This document shows positions 1 to 11,307 of a DNA stretch of 64,000 nucleotides, one piece after another. The position numbers were made by a program, and so were the translations under genes. The stretch is from Sphagnum compactum. Its lineage: Eukaryota. The stretch covers positions 124,001 to 188,000 of the forward strand of contig OZ234493.1 of NCBI GenBank assembly GCA_965153455.1, written 5' to 3'. Under the pieces are notes generated by a model. The model saw only the letters and a list, made by a program, of their open reading frames with translations. It searched no databases and had not been told where the DNA came from. Numbering within the stretch: the stretch's first letter is position 1; every line of letters begins with the position of its first letter.

Positions 1-3000
1 CACTATGTTGAGATGATCCACTCACATATGGCTAAGACTTAGGACCCAACATGTGAATGAGCCCTAGGAGTCAATTTTTTTTTGTGTGAAATTTTGCTAA
101 AGTGACCAATTTTTTTGGGGGCTATGACCAAAATCAAGGTTTATATATATATATATATTGGTAAAAATAATAGGGTTTTGGGACTCAATCTGCCATCTTT
201 AGATCATGTACTCTTGCAAGTTGCCAAACAAGAGCATTATTACAAATTGTTTTACAATCCTACTTATCATGAAGCCAAACTTGCTTAGATCCTCATGTGG
301 ATGGTTGCTAGTGTGGCTACACCACAAAAAATGGAAAAAGGAAACCTCGACCCCTAGCTAGGATGGGAAGCAACTTCTTTTGGCTCAAATAAGGATCGCA
401 TGCCCCTTAATATGACACCATGTAGGTCCTTTGAACCACAATTAGAAGGGCTATAATTAATTTAGAACTTTAGAATGTTCCAAACAATGTGTTTAATGAA
501 ATTATGAAGTCCCAAGTGTCAAGAATTTGAACTTGGGAATTGCCAAACTTTCATTTTTTGTGAGCTTTGAGAAGTACCATTTTGTTTTAAGTTTCGTGGG
601 AATTACAAAACATATTATATGGAAGGTATTGTTTCCCAAAGTGGTCCAAGTTAGGACGAATATAATGTGAATCCACAGTTGTCCTATGTTTCATTTCTAA
701 TTCCAACTACAAGAAACGCGTTCTTGCATCTAGTTTGTGTAATTGACGGATCAAAACCGGGTGGATGCAAATTGTCTTGTCCTAGTTTTATCTTGGAGCT
801 CCCAAATGACTTGTCATTTTGATTTATCAAACTATGGAATGTGCTCAAGGCTCAAACATGTTATTTGTAGCACACCACATCAAAGAGTTACTTCAATACC
901 ATTTGGTAAGCCTATGGAGGTGTGTCAAATTACACAAACCAGAGCAAGAAAGTGATTCCTATTGTCAAAGTTAGAATTGAAACACAAAACAATCACAAAT
1001 TCACATTGAAGTCATCGTGACCTAAGTTTAGAGGATCCACCACCATCCTTGTAATATACTTTGCAACTCCATGTGGTACCAATATCAAATCATCATTCTC
1101 CCCACCCTCCCAAAAGGAGCAATGACAAAATGCATGTTAAATGGGGCAAGAATCTAAATTTTCATCCCCATTTTGATTCTTCAAATGCCCGTAACTTCTA
1201 GCCATGAATTTTATTATGGCATTATGAACCACTAAATTATACCTCTAATTGAGACCTTGCCAATGATCCAAAGATCATACCATTTGGATGTAATTGTTCC
1301 TCAAATGGTCCAATGAACATTTGGGACTCCCATGTAGTCTCAATTCTTGGAAAGGTATTCAGGCATGGGAGTTTGTGTGAAATGTTGTTTCACTTCATCA
1401 AGTTCATGCTATCGCAATCTTGCTCTAAGAATGGAAGCCTTTGATTTGTTTCCATCTTAGGAATAACATTTACTTACGAACATTCATTACCTTGAAAGTT
1501 CATTACACACCAAAGTTAAAGCCACAAACAAAAAAAAACCTTTAATATGGATAATGCATATGGATTTGCTAATTTTTGTCTTCATGCTATTGTCCTATTC
1601 ATTAATCTTTCATGAAAGAGGTTAACATAGTCACAAGTTTTTGGATAACAAGGGGGTGAATCTATTGGGTGGCAAGGTGATAACTCTACCTAAATGGTTA
1701 TGCACAAATTCCTTGTATTTGGAATCACTAATTTTTTTGAAAAATATCGATTTCCTTACCAAAAATTTGAAAGAAACTATCAAGCACAATAGCTCCATTA
1801 TTTAATATAATGCCAAATTGAAATATATATATATATATTTATTGTAAATAGTAAATGACTCCCAAAACACAATGTATTAGGCACCTTGGTAAGGTAGTAC
1901 ATTGTGGCCTATATTTCTATTTGGGTGATGTTACTATTACAACATGATGACATCTATACATAACTAAATGAGGTCACTACCACTTTGGGTATTCTAAAAC
2001 TCCTTATGTAGTATGTTATTACAATTGAGAATTGCATGGGACCAAAGAAATGGCAAGGCCTAATGCCTACATGTATTACATTATGTGATTTTCAAAGCAA
2101 AAATCTATAACTTTTTTTAAAAGGTTTTTAATGTAAGTTTTTACTTCTAGTTAGGTGGCCATTTTCATTTGGTTGTTCAATAGTGATATTCGTAGTTGCA
2201 ATCACATGCCAAAGTGCAATTATTTGATAATTTTTATGCAAAGTATTTTTTTCATTCAACATTCTCAAAATACGTGAATGACAAATAAAATTACAATTGA
2301 AGAGATGAATCTTTGTATGGACTCAATATAAACCTCAATTATCAAGTCACGATGATCTATGATTTGGCTTCCAACATCTATATTTGAAATAATGATAGTT
2401 GGAGATGTTCATGTATGTGAAGCAACATACTAATTATGAATTGCAAATTCATTGGATGCATGATAAAGGTGAAAGGACATTGATTGCAATTAGACAACAT
2501 GTGTGCCCATAAATGTCAATGCTAATGGGAGTGGATACTTAGGCCAAACTAGGTTATATGGACCCTTGTCCACATTGTCCTAATCTCATTTAAAGATGCA
2601 TGGTGTTTCCATGTATGAAAATTGTAATGACCTTTTACCAAGACAAGAATGGATGGTTGCAACTTGTAACCAACTAGTCATATAGACAAATCATGGTTTT
2701 ATGAAACTAAGGTTAGAGCATTGAGATCATAATTGATCAACCTAATGATCACTTCCTTTTGCCACAAATTGGCCCAACAACTTTAATCACCCAAATAACA
2801 ATCACATTTGCCAGGATGTCCTTACAAATGCATGAAAGGACGAGTCTAAAAAATAATCCTACCCATTGCTATGGTTAAGTTTGACACAACTCACCATAAG
2901 CCCCAAACTTTGAATAGACAAAAACTCCTTAAAGCTAGTTAAAGAATGTAATGTATACATAAGCATGAAAACATAAGCTCATAAGTAGGTGCATGAAATG

Positions 3001-3295
3001 ATATTGATAATGCAAATTCAAGATGACCACTTTGATGGAGACTTAAGGCCTTAGGAAAGTCAATATGTCAATTGACAACATATGATGAAGGTTCAATGTA
3101 TGCCTTGGAATCACATTTAGAACAATAAAATACTATACCCTAAGAAATAGGGGGTTTAAACACCTAAACCACAAGTGATTTACAAAATTATGTGAAATAA
3201 TTTGTGAGGTGGAAAGGGGGGGGGGGGGGTCAAAAAAAAAAATGGAGCCATGTGTCATTCATCCATTAAATCCAAAAACAAAACTTATTAAAGAA

Positions 3296-3965
3296 TCCTA
3301 TATATAAAAGCTAACATGGTGTCTGTGTGTCCGTCTGTCCGTCTGTGTGTCACAAGACGTTCTGCGTTTTAACAGTGTCTGTCTGTCTGTGTGGGCAGTG
3401 CTTGGAAGATTCTTCCAGTCACTGCCCGTTCCCTGTGGAGTTCTTAACTGTCTCAGTTTTTGGCCACCTGGAGTTTACTTGCACTGGGGGGGGGGGGTTC
3501 ACCAAAACCTAGACATGGAATTTTTAAGGACATGATTTTCAGGACGTGAGATTTTAGTTTTGGGACGTACACGGTGTGGGTTTCCAAGACCCAAACTTGG
3601 AAATTTTTTGGACATGATTTTCAGGACGTGGGATCCTCAGTTTTTGGAGACCTGGAGTTTGCACTGCGGGTTTCCAAGACCCAAAAAAACCTGGGAAATT
3701 TCAGGACATGGTTTTCAGGACTTGGGATCTCAACTTTGGGGCCTGGGAAATTTTAGGATATGGTTTTCAGGACATGGTTTTCAGGACTTGAGATCTCAAC
3801 TTTGGGGCCTGGATTTTCACACTCGCGGTTTCCAAGACCGAAACCTGAAAACTTTTAGGATGTGATTTTCAGAATGTGGGATCTCAATTTTGGCACATGA
3901 TTTTCAGGACATGGATGGGGAACCAGGAAACTTCACAGTGTCCGAAGGTCACGGGCACCCACTAG
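3296..3965 (+). mobile_element. Non-autonomous Helitron (~670 bp) with internal tandem repeats
   Basis: Begins 5'-TC (TCCTATATATAAAAG) after an A, followed by a (TGTC/CGTC)n tract. Ends with the hairpin GTGTCCG-aaggtca-CGGGCAC and CACTAG before a T. A|T insertion with no TSD matches Helitron termini. More GC/CpG-rich than its flanks. Confidence 0.85.
3528..3915 (+). repeat. Internal repeats of the Helitron (GGACATGATTTTCAGGAC... / GGTTTCCAAGACC modules)
   Basis: GGACATG(A/G)TTTTCAGGAC-like motif recurs about 7 times; GGTTTCCAAGACC recurs 3 times. Confidence 0.85.
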
Positions 3966-6049
3966 TATATGTAAAATCCTACCTTCTTCAATTTTCCTCA
4001 ATTATTGAAAATTTTGGAAAACTAAATTTGAAATTATTGAACCTAATTTTTAAAACTAAATAATTATTTGGCAAAGAAGTTCCAATTATTAGTTGTAGGT
4101 ATGATAATTTAGTATGAAGGTTCCAGGTCCAAGTGAAAAATTTTAATATTACAAAAATTGTTAATAATTTCCTTCTTGAAACAAAATTTTTTTAAACCAC
4201 ATTTTTTGAAAATTTCAACATTTTTACAAATAATATAATTAGTGTCCAAGTTGCCAAGATATTACAATTCAACAATTAATAATTTTATATTAAGAATTGA
4301 ATTGGCATAAGGTTTTTTATGATGAAAACAATCCAAAACATTAGGATCATTTGTCACACACTTGTCAAAATGTTAACAAAGTTGTAGCTTTTGTTGAAAT
4401 AATGTAAAAAATGAAACCATGAAATGTAATATGTGATATCAAACTTGGTTCAAGGATTTCAAGTTGAATGGTGAGTTCATATATCATCATAAGGTCGAGG
4501 ATAAGAATTGAAAATACATGCATTGCCTACAAATCCACTTGAAGGAAATTTGCTATTTTAAACCAAGTAAATTGCAATTGCATATTGTTTTCAACTACAT
4601 TGCAAGCACATATTTTTTCCAATAATTTCACATGGACTGGTTGGAATGGCCAAATCAACTAAAATGTTTATTGAATTGGTACATGTTTACCAAATTGACC
4701 ATATTAAGGGTTTAAATGTTGGAGCATATAGTTAATATTTGGAATTATACGTTTAAGCTATAATCAACATTTCAACTACCTATACTTTCACATCATTGTC
4801 TAATGAGGCATTGCATGTGCTCTATGCATTTAGTGACTTTAATTATGTGGCATAACCTTTTGGTGACATTAATATGTCTTTTCAAATGCAGTTTCATAAA
4901 TGGATGGACGAAGTGAATTATTTGTTAATAATTTTATCCTAAGTATATTGGTCCAATACACTTCCATTTTTATGTTGATCACTTCCCAATTTTATTTCAC
5001 TATTTGGCAAATGTGCTTTAACTAGAATGCAGTTCATTCTTGACGTGATGTACACTTCTATAAGTTAAACATATAATGAATTAGTGGAAATTGCCAAAGG
5101 GTAATATTCCAAGCTAATTAAAATGTTCATCACTTAGGGTATATGCCTTCAAATTGGACCACTAACTCTCTTTGTAGAATTTACTCCCATGTTTCCTACA
5201 TCTTTAAGTTGCCACTTGACTCATTTAGTTTTAATTAGGTATAACCCCAACACAATTTGTGACTATTGGTGCATATGGTGTTGTGCTTTGTGCATTCAAT
5301 TTTGTTGCATATTTATTTGTGTTGATGCCCTCACCATCTAGGTTATGTGTCAAGAAACGCATGCCTACTTTGAAGCTCTTGTGTAAAGTAATCTTCCCAT
5401 GGGTTGTATTCGTTATATTGGTTCATAGAAAACTTGTTAAGAACTTGTGAAAGGAAAAAAATGGTTTGTTGTTATGAAACAACCTGGATAAGAAATTAGC
5501 CAAATTAGAATACATTCACCAAATTGTTTATAAGTTGTAATACCATACTTATTCAAGCCATTCCAAACCCATTCACATCAAAATAAAATTACAACATCAT
5601 GAAGATTATGCCATAGTTTATTTGCGATGTATTAACCCTTTTAAAAGTCCAACCATATATAAATATCTCCCCAATGACTAATTGATGTTGTCACCATGAC
5701 TAAAAATCAAACACATTAGTGTGATGAGTAATTATTTATTGATGTGTGTTGTATCATTTGCACAAAAGTGGTTCCCATAAGCTTTGATTTTGTTATACTT
5801 TTATGCTCTTGTGTTTCATCGAATAGACAATACAACATCAAGGTTTTGACATGCGCCCCCATGACTTGTTGATTCTCCCATATGGCCATTGGCCTTGGAA
5901 AGCAAGATGTAAAGCGGAGGCATGCCATACATTGGGTTAGAAACCCTTTCCAATTTCTATTTCTTTCAATACACAAAACACAGACACTAGTACAATAGAA
6001 GGAAAATAGTCACTTTTAACCAACCAATTTGTAATAACATATCATTTTA

Positions 6050-6830
6050 ATTGTAATTCAACCTTAAATTTTATTATATCAATAGCATTCCCACTCTTAC
6101 TAGTTCAATGTGTAAAACCATTAAAACCAAATGTTGTAAAAATTTATACACTTCTATCATCATCAATTACTTGGAAATTGTTATGGTAAGTAAGGACATA
6201 AAAATAAAGTTGTATCTTTTTCCTATCTCATGCAAGGGGCCATTACATTTGTGTTATTAGAACACAATGGTGCACCATACCCAACATTACAACTATCAAC
6301 TCTAGTTAAATACACGATCCTTCCAAAACTTCCCCAAACTACATTGTCTTTTTCCTTTGAATCTCATATTTGTTGCCTACTAGGGCTAGAAATTATTGCT
6401 TGTACTCTATAATTGTCCCAAATGTTTTGTCCATTCAAAATAACCCTCTGCCAATTGTTATCTATTGGGTCACACGATTCTAGTTCTTCCACCAAGTGAA
6501 AGACCAAGTGTGTCATTATGTTGAAAAATGAGGGTGACATAATCATTTGTAACATGCACATAGTGATTTTCATGAATCCTTCCACAAGGCATCCATTTTA
6601 GTTGGATCCAAAACCTTTACACATATGAACCTAAACACATGATTGAGACACATAATTAGTTTTTGGCTTTATCTAGCTAATAATCCACAAATACATAGTG
6701 AAAGTAGTTGTTGCATGAACATGCGAAAATGATATACCTTCATAGATAGATTCTTGTTTGCAATGTGCTTCATTGGTGGATTGCAATAATTATGGGTTCT
6801 CACATTCCCATATTGGAACTATTGATTTCA
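6050..6830 (-). mobile_element. Degraded CACTA/EnSpm transposase remnant (DUF4218-like region)
   Basis: ORF 6364-6585 reads PSFFNIMTHLVFHLVEELESCDPI, similar to the CACTA motif FFDIMVHL.VHL..E...CGPV. Adjacent frames read MFMQQLLSLCICGLL and FICVKVLDP. Many stops. Confidence 0.7.
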
Positions 6831-8791
6831 TCCACTTGTCAAGTAGGATGTTATTTTACTAAATCCCATTGCCAAAACAAACTTTACCATTAAAATTTAT
6901 GACCATACAAGGGATGGCAATAGGAGTGTGAAGTCTGAGTGTCTATCATTTAAAACATGATTTGGGGGACCAAAGGATATTTTATCGAAAAGTTTGATAC
7001 AACACTGAATTATTATTTTTCAAGGCCTACAATTTAAAGCTTTAAAATGTCCCAATCCCACATGTTTTATGGACATCATTACTTATATAATTGCAAAAAT
7101 CTAAATGTTGGAATGTTGTGACTCCCACATTTGGGAGTTTTGGGAAGTGCCACTTTGATATAAGTCATGCAAGGAGTTGGAAATTATACTATAGGGAGAA
7201 CAGTGCTTGAAAATCCTTTATAGCTTTACTTGGTTGGTTGGTTTTTGCTCCAAACTTGATGATAATCCTCATGATTCATGTCATTTTGGGTGTTATATTT
7301 GTTTTTTTTGGGTTTCTTTTGAATGATGTGCACGTCAATTTCATAAAATGTAATTGTGGATGAATAGCAAGGTGGGCTACATGCGTTCATGACATAAAAC
7401 AATTAGTCTTAAATGTTTTCAAAAAATTGGCAAAGTGAAGCTTCCACAATATTATTCACAACATTGAAGGCATCAAAATCACAACCCTTTTGTATGACTT
7501 GCTCATGAACTTGCTTGCCCTTTTCAAATGCCACCACACTAGCACATGCATTCACCAACCCCATGAATGTGACAACATCAAGCTACACACATTCAAGATC
7601 AAATTTATTGAAATAATTTTGATGTGTCCTACCCTTGACCACATATCTAAATATTATGAGGTCATACAATAGAAATTTTTTACACATCCCCAAAGGCTTG
7701 TCACAATGTATTGGAAAAACTTTTCAATGTAATGTGTTACATAAGACTTAAACCTTGGGTGCACTCTTTAACTTCACATATCCATTACAAGAAATCATGA
7801 CTTTTCAAGTGTTCAATTTTGACTATCTTATTAATCTTGACCAATGAAGATGTACAATTTAACCAGAAGCCCAATACACGAATGGCCATTGTAATTTTTG
7901 ATTAATCACCTTGACTAATGTGACCCATTGATTAATTATCAAATGTTTATACATCTCTAGTCAAGTTGAACAAAAAAAATGCTTCATAAGTGGTCAATAT
8001 ATGGCGAATGGGAGATTTAATCAAGTTGGAGAAAAAATTAAACATTCTTAAAATCAAGATGACCAATGGGTTCTATTAAAATGGGACATCCTATTATGCC
8101 AATATTAGGTATACAAGTTTTCAAAATTGTGGCCCAACATTATAAAGACCATGTTATGTTTGTGCATGGTTAGCAATTTGTTAGTAAACTATGTTCTACC
8201 CACAACCTCCTTATTTAAAGCAAGAGGTATAGGTTGGAGGTAGGTAATTATAAAATGTCCAAAAATTTGGACACATCCTAAATTGAAGTATTGAATATAG
8301 CTCAACTAGGTAGGTGGGTAGACTAGCTAGTTAGATAAGGTAGCTTAGGCTTAGGCCTCGTTAGTAAGCTACTTAGTCTCATAAGAGTGAGCTATTTAGG
8401 TTAGCCTAGGCTAGCTTACTTTTCCTTTGTTCTATCACCCTTAAATTCATGTTGAGTGGAAGCACCTTTCAAAACATGAGCATCCATTGGGCAAATTTCC
8501 CCATCACAAACCCACATGTGCATAATATCACACATCAACAATCCTTGTTCCTTAAGCATTAGAAAAATTTAGTTTTGATCACTATGCCAATAACATTTTG
8601 CTATCTAGGTAATTAGATCATGATTTTCACATGAACCCAGTTCTTCCCAGAGCACACCGAATACAAACAAAGCTGGCAAGCAGAGATCAATGCAGATGTA
8701 AGCTTGCTTGAGTTTTTCCTCTCTGTCTGTGTACTGCCTTCTTCTCACAGTATGTGGTCTGATAGGAAGTTTTTCTGCAGTTCCTGGATGT

Positions 8792-8810
8792 GAGAGAGAG
8801 AGAGAGAGAG
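8792..8810. repeat. (GA)n microsatellite in the 5' region of the PPR pseudogene
   Basis: gagagagagagagagagag. Confidence 0.9.
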
Positions 8811-9039
8811 ATTGAGAGAATAACACTGGTGGGAGTAATTTTTGGATCCTTTGCAGTGATGAGATCACAGATCAAAGAAGGTAAGTGAACATCAATCCTG
8901 TCAGAGTTCACATGTCAATGGAGCCAAAGCTCTTGTTGGCGACAATCTTGTTGCTCTCTCTCTCTTGGTTGCTATCCTGCCATGGTCTAAACTTTGGCAG
9001 AAGTTCTTTTCAGATCCTGTGCACTGGTGGGATAATAGT

Positions 9040-9595
9040 AGTCAGATGGAGAAGGCAAGTAAATGCAATGTGTGGTTGTGAGAAAATTCTCTGGCTGATG
9101 GAGGTTGTCAGTGCAGCATTCCCTGTTTGTATGATGGCATGTATGCCTGGGAATTGGAGAGTGTATGGCTGATTGGCTTGATCTAGATTTCTGGTTGTAG
9201 CAAATGCAAGGTATGTGGACTTTCAAACATAAGAAGACACAAGAAGCACACTGGCGTGAGGACTGATGAAACTTGCCATGGGTGGCAACAGAGTTGGCTG
9301 CCATGGCACCCGGCACAGTGCAATTGAACATTTTTGCATGGAATAAGAAGCTTACAAAATATGTGAAGGATGGGCAACCTGAGAAGGTGATGCAGCTTTT
9401 CCAACAAATGCAAGGAGGGATGAGTTCCAACAAATTTACTTTTGTTCAGTTGATTCACGCATGTGCTGGTTTAGAAGCACTCAAAGATGGCAGGCATGAA
9501 CACAGTGGATGGGATTCAGATGTCTTTGTGGAGACTAGCTTGATTGACACATATGCAAAATGTTGGAGCATGGAGGATGCTTGGAACATGTTCAC
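9040..9595 (+). pseudogene. PLS-class PPR pseudogene, N-terminal part (targeting region and first PPR motifs)
   Basis: VRWRRQVNAMCGCEKIL... leader, then NIFAWNKKLTKYVKDGQPEKVMQLFQQMQ-GMSSNKFTFVQLIHACAGLEALKDGR...DVFVETSLIDTYAKCWSMEDAWNMF (P/L/S motifs). Contains in-frame stops, a frameshift and small deletions, and is truncated at about 9595. Confidence 0.9.
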
Positions 9596-10337
9596 ATTAT
9601 ATGACATAATTTTCTGGTGGTGATTGTTCACTTGTAGTTCAGTGACCAAAATGTGTCTGTTCAACATGAATTTTTTTCTCTTCAAATCATTGAATCTGCC
9701 ACCCCAGACCTTAATGTCATGGAATGGTCTTGTCCTTGCCCATATGTTGGGTGTGTCACCTACCTCTCCATAATGGGATTGCCTGGCACCTAACCCAACA
9801 TAATGGGCAGGGTTTGGGGAAGGACTCTGCATAGTCATTAGGGTTTGGTGCCTGAGAGACTCTTCCAGGTTGTTCACCATCTCCAGCCACAAGTTTCCTG
9901 CTGCAAACCCGATGAGCCTACAAAATGAGGGGAGCCTCCGCCAGGGTGCACATTACATGACAAAGATCAACTTAGCTTTGTCGAGGTCGATTAATCTCAC
10001 CTTCATGTGAAGCAATTCTTGCAAGGGGAGGGGAGGCAAGCAGATCCTCAAAGAGAGCCGTTTCAGGTCCGATGGCTTGAGGGAGTGCTTGAATCAGAAG
10101 CCTTCTTGCAGTAATGAAATATGTTGAGGAAAGATGTAGTAAAACTTGCAGGTCCAAAACAACGTCACGTGAAAAAATCACAGTAGCGGAAGTGCAAATT
10201 ATAGAAAGCGCATGGTCTGAAGACTTCTACTGCCGAGTGCGATCGCCTGCCTCTTGCACTCTGCTGTGAGCTGCTCGCTCGCACGCAAAAGAGGTAGCAG
10301 CGCGGAAAGGGCAGGGACAGGAGGCGGGGTTGGGAGA

Positions 10338-10383
10338 TTTACCATACGCTTTGGCACGGTAGGCGGAACGAAAGGGTATAAAA
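10338..10383 (+). promoter_or_regulatory. snRNA-type promoter: TATA box (TATAAAA, 10377-10383) and possible USE-like element (TTTACCATACG, 10338-10348)
   Basis: The TATA box lies about 28 nt upstream of the U1 5' end. The upstream element only loosely resembles the angiosperm USE RTCCCACATCG, so that part is tentative. Confidence 0.6.
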
Positions 10384-10404
10384 CCGGCGAGCGAACTCAA
10401 CGAT

Positions 10405-10565
10405 ATTACTTACCTGGGCAGGGTCGATCGGTGGTCAGCATGGCCGATGGCCTAGGGAACTCCCCACCATTGCACTGCGGAGCGGGTGACCTTAGCATTT
10501 TCCTACGGGGGGCATGCACGTCATAATTTGTGGCAGCGGGGGCTCGCGTTCGCACGGCCCCTACC
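10405..10565 (+). ncRNA. U1: U1 spliceosomal snRNA (variant)
   Basis: 5' TACTTACCTGG splice-site recognition sequence. Stem-loop I ATCGGT/GCCGAT. Loop II ATTGCAC (U1A site). Stem-loop III with a cUACGg tetraloop. Sm site ATAATTTGTGG (10523-10533). Terminal stem-loop GGGGGCTCGCG-TTCG-CACGGCCCCT. Length about 160 nt. Confidence 0.95.
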
Positions 10566-10769
10566 AAATAAACAAAACGTGGACTTGCGATTTATCACGC
10601 AACTACAGTCGGGATAATAAATTGGAATGAAATCGAATTGTCTTTGCGTCTATTGATGTGAGTCGTTTCATTGCACGTATTATGTGATTTCTATGTATGT
10701 TGCCGCAATGATTTAATTTCTGGTGCTAGGGAAATTCCACCCAAGCTATCATGTTGGGGTTGGGGATCG

Positions 10770-11307
10770 TTTTGGCAATTGGATCCCGAAAATGCTGCTG
10801 GTTATGTGCTGCTATGAAGCATCATCTATGCTTCCGCTGCCAACAGGCATTTCTGTGAGAATGTTGAACAGTGGAGGACAGAGAGAGGTGTTAAGGAACA
10901 GCTGGGTTGCACCTGGCATTGACGTGAATAGTGAGGGGCATACATCTGCAGTAGTTGATCAAGACCACCCTCAGATGATTGAAATCTGTGCAGAACTGAA
11001 GAGGTTTTCAGGGCTCATGCATGGTGTGAGGCATGTGACACATACAAAGTTTGTGCTGCATGATGTGGAAGAAGAAAAAAAGGTTTTTTCATTATCATAG
11101 CAAGAAACTGGCTATTGCATTGGGGCACATCAACACAACTCCTGATACTCCACTCTGAATATTAAAAAATCCATGGGTTTGTGAAGATTGTCATATGCTT
11201 CCACAGAGTTCATTAAAAAAATTAGTGGGAGGGCAATCATGGTGAGGGATGCCAATTGCTTTCATCACTTTGAAGATGACATTTGTTCTTGCCTGGACTA
11301 TTGGTGA
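10770..11307 (+). pseudogene. E/E+/DYW C-terminal part of a PLS-PPR RNA-editing factor, pseudogenised
   Basis: Reading across frameshifts: LDPENAAGYVLL*...ERGVKEQLGCTW/IDVNSEGH...DQDHPQMIEICAELKR...KFVLHDVEEEKK/HSKKLAIALGHINTTPDTPL*ILKNPWVCEDCH/...AIMVRDANCFHHFEDDICSCLDYW*. Contains stops and frameshifts, and HxE is changed to HSK. Confidence 0.95.

Noticed and set aside
400-3150. Possible LTR-retroelement or other TE remnants (also ~7000-7750 and ~30300-33700)
   Set aside because: They look like decayed repeats, but I could not read diagnostic motifs or termini with enough confidence to classify them.
10254-10526. 90-aa ORF over the U1 locus
   Set aside because: Non-ATG start and no recognisable protein; the sequence is explained by the U1 gene and its promoter.
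10770-11307. Functional stand-alone DYW deaminase
   Set aside because: In-frame stops, several frameshifts and loss of the catalytic Glu (HSE>HSK).
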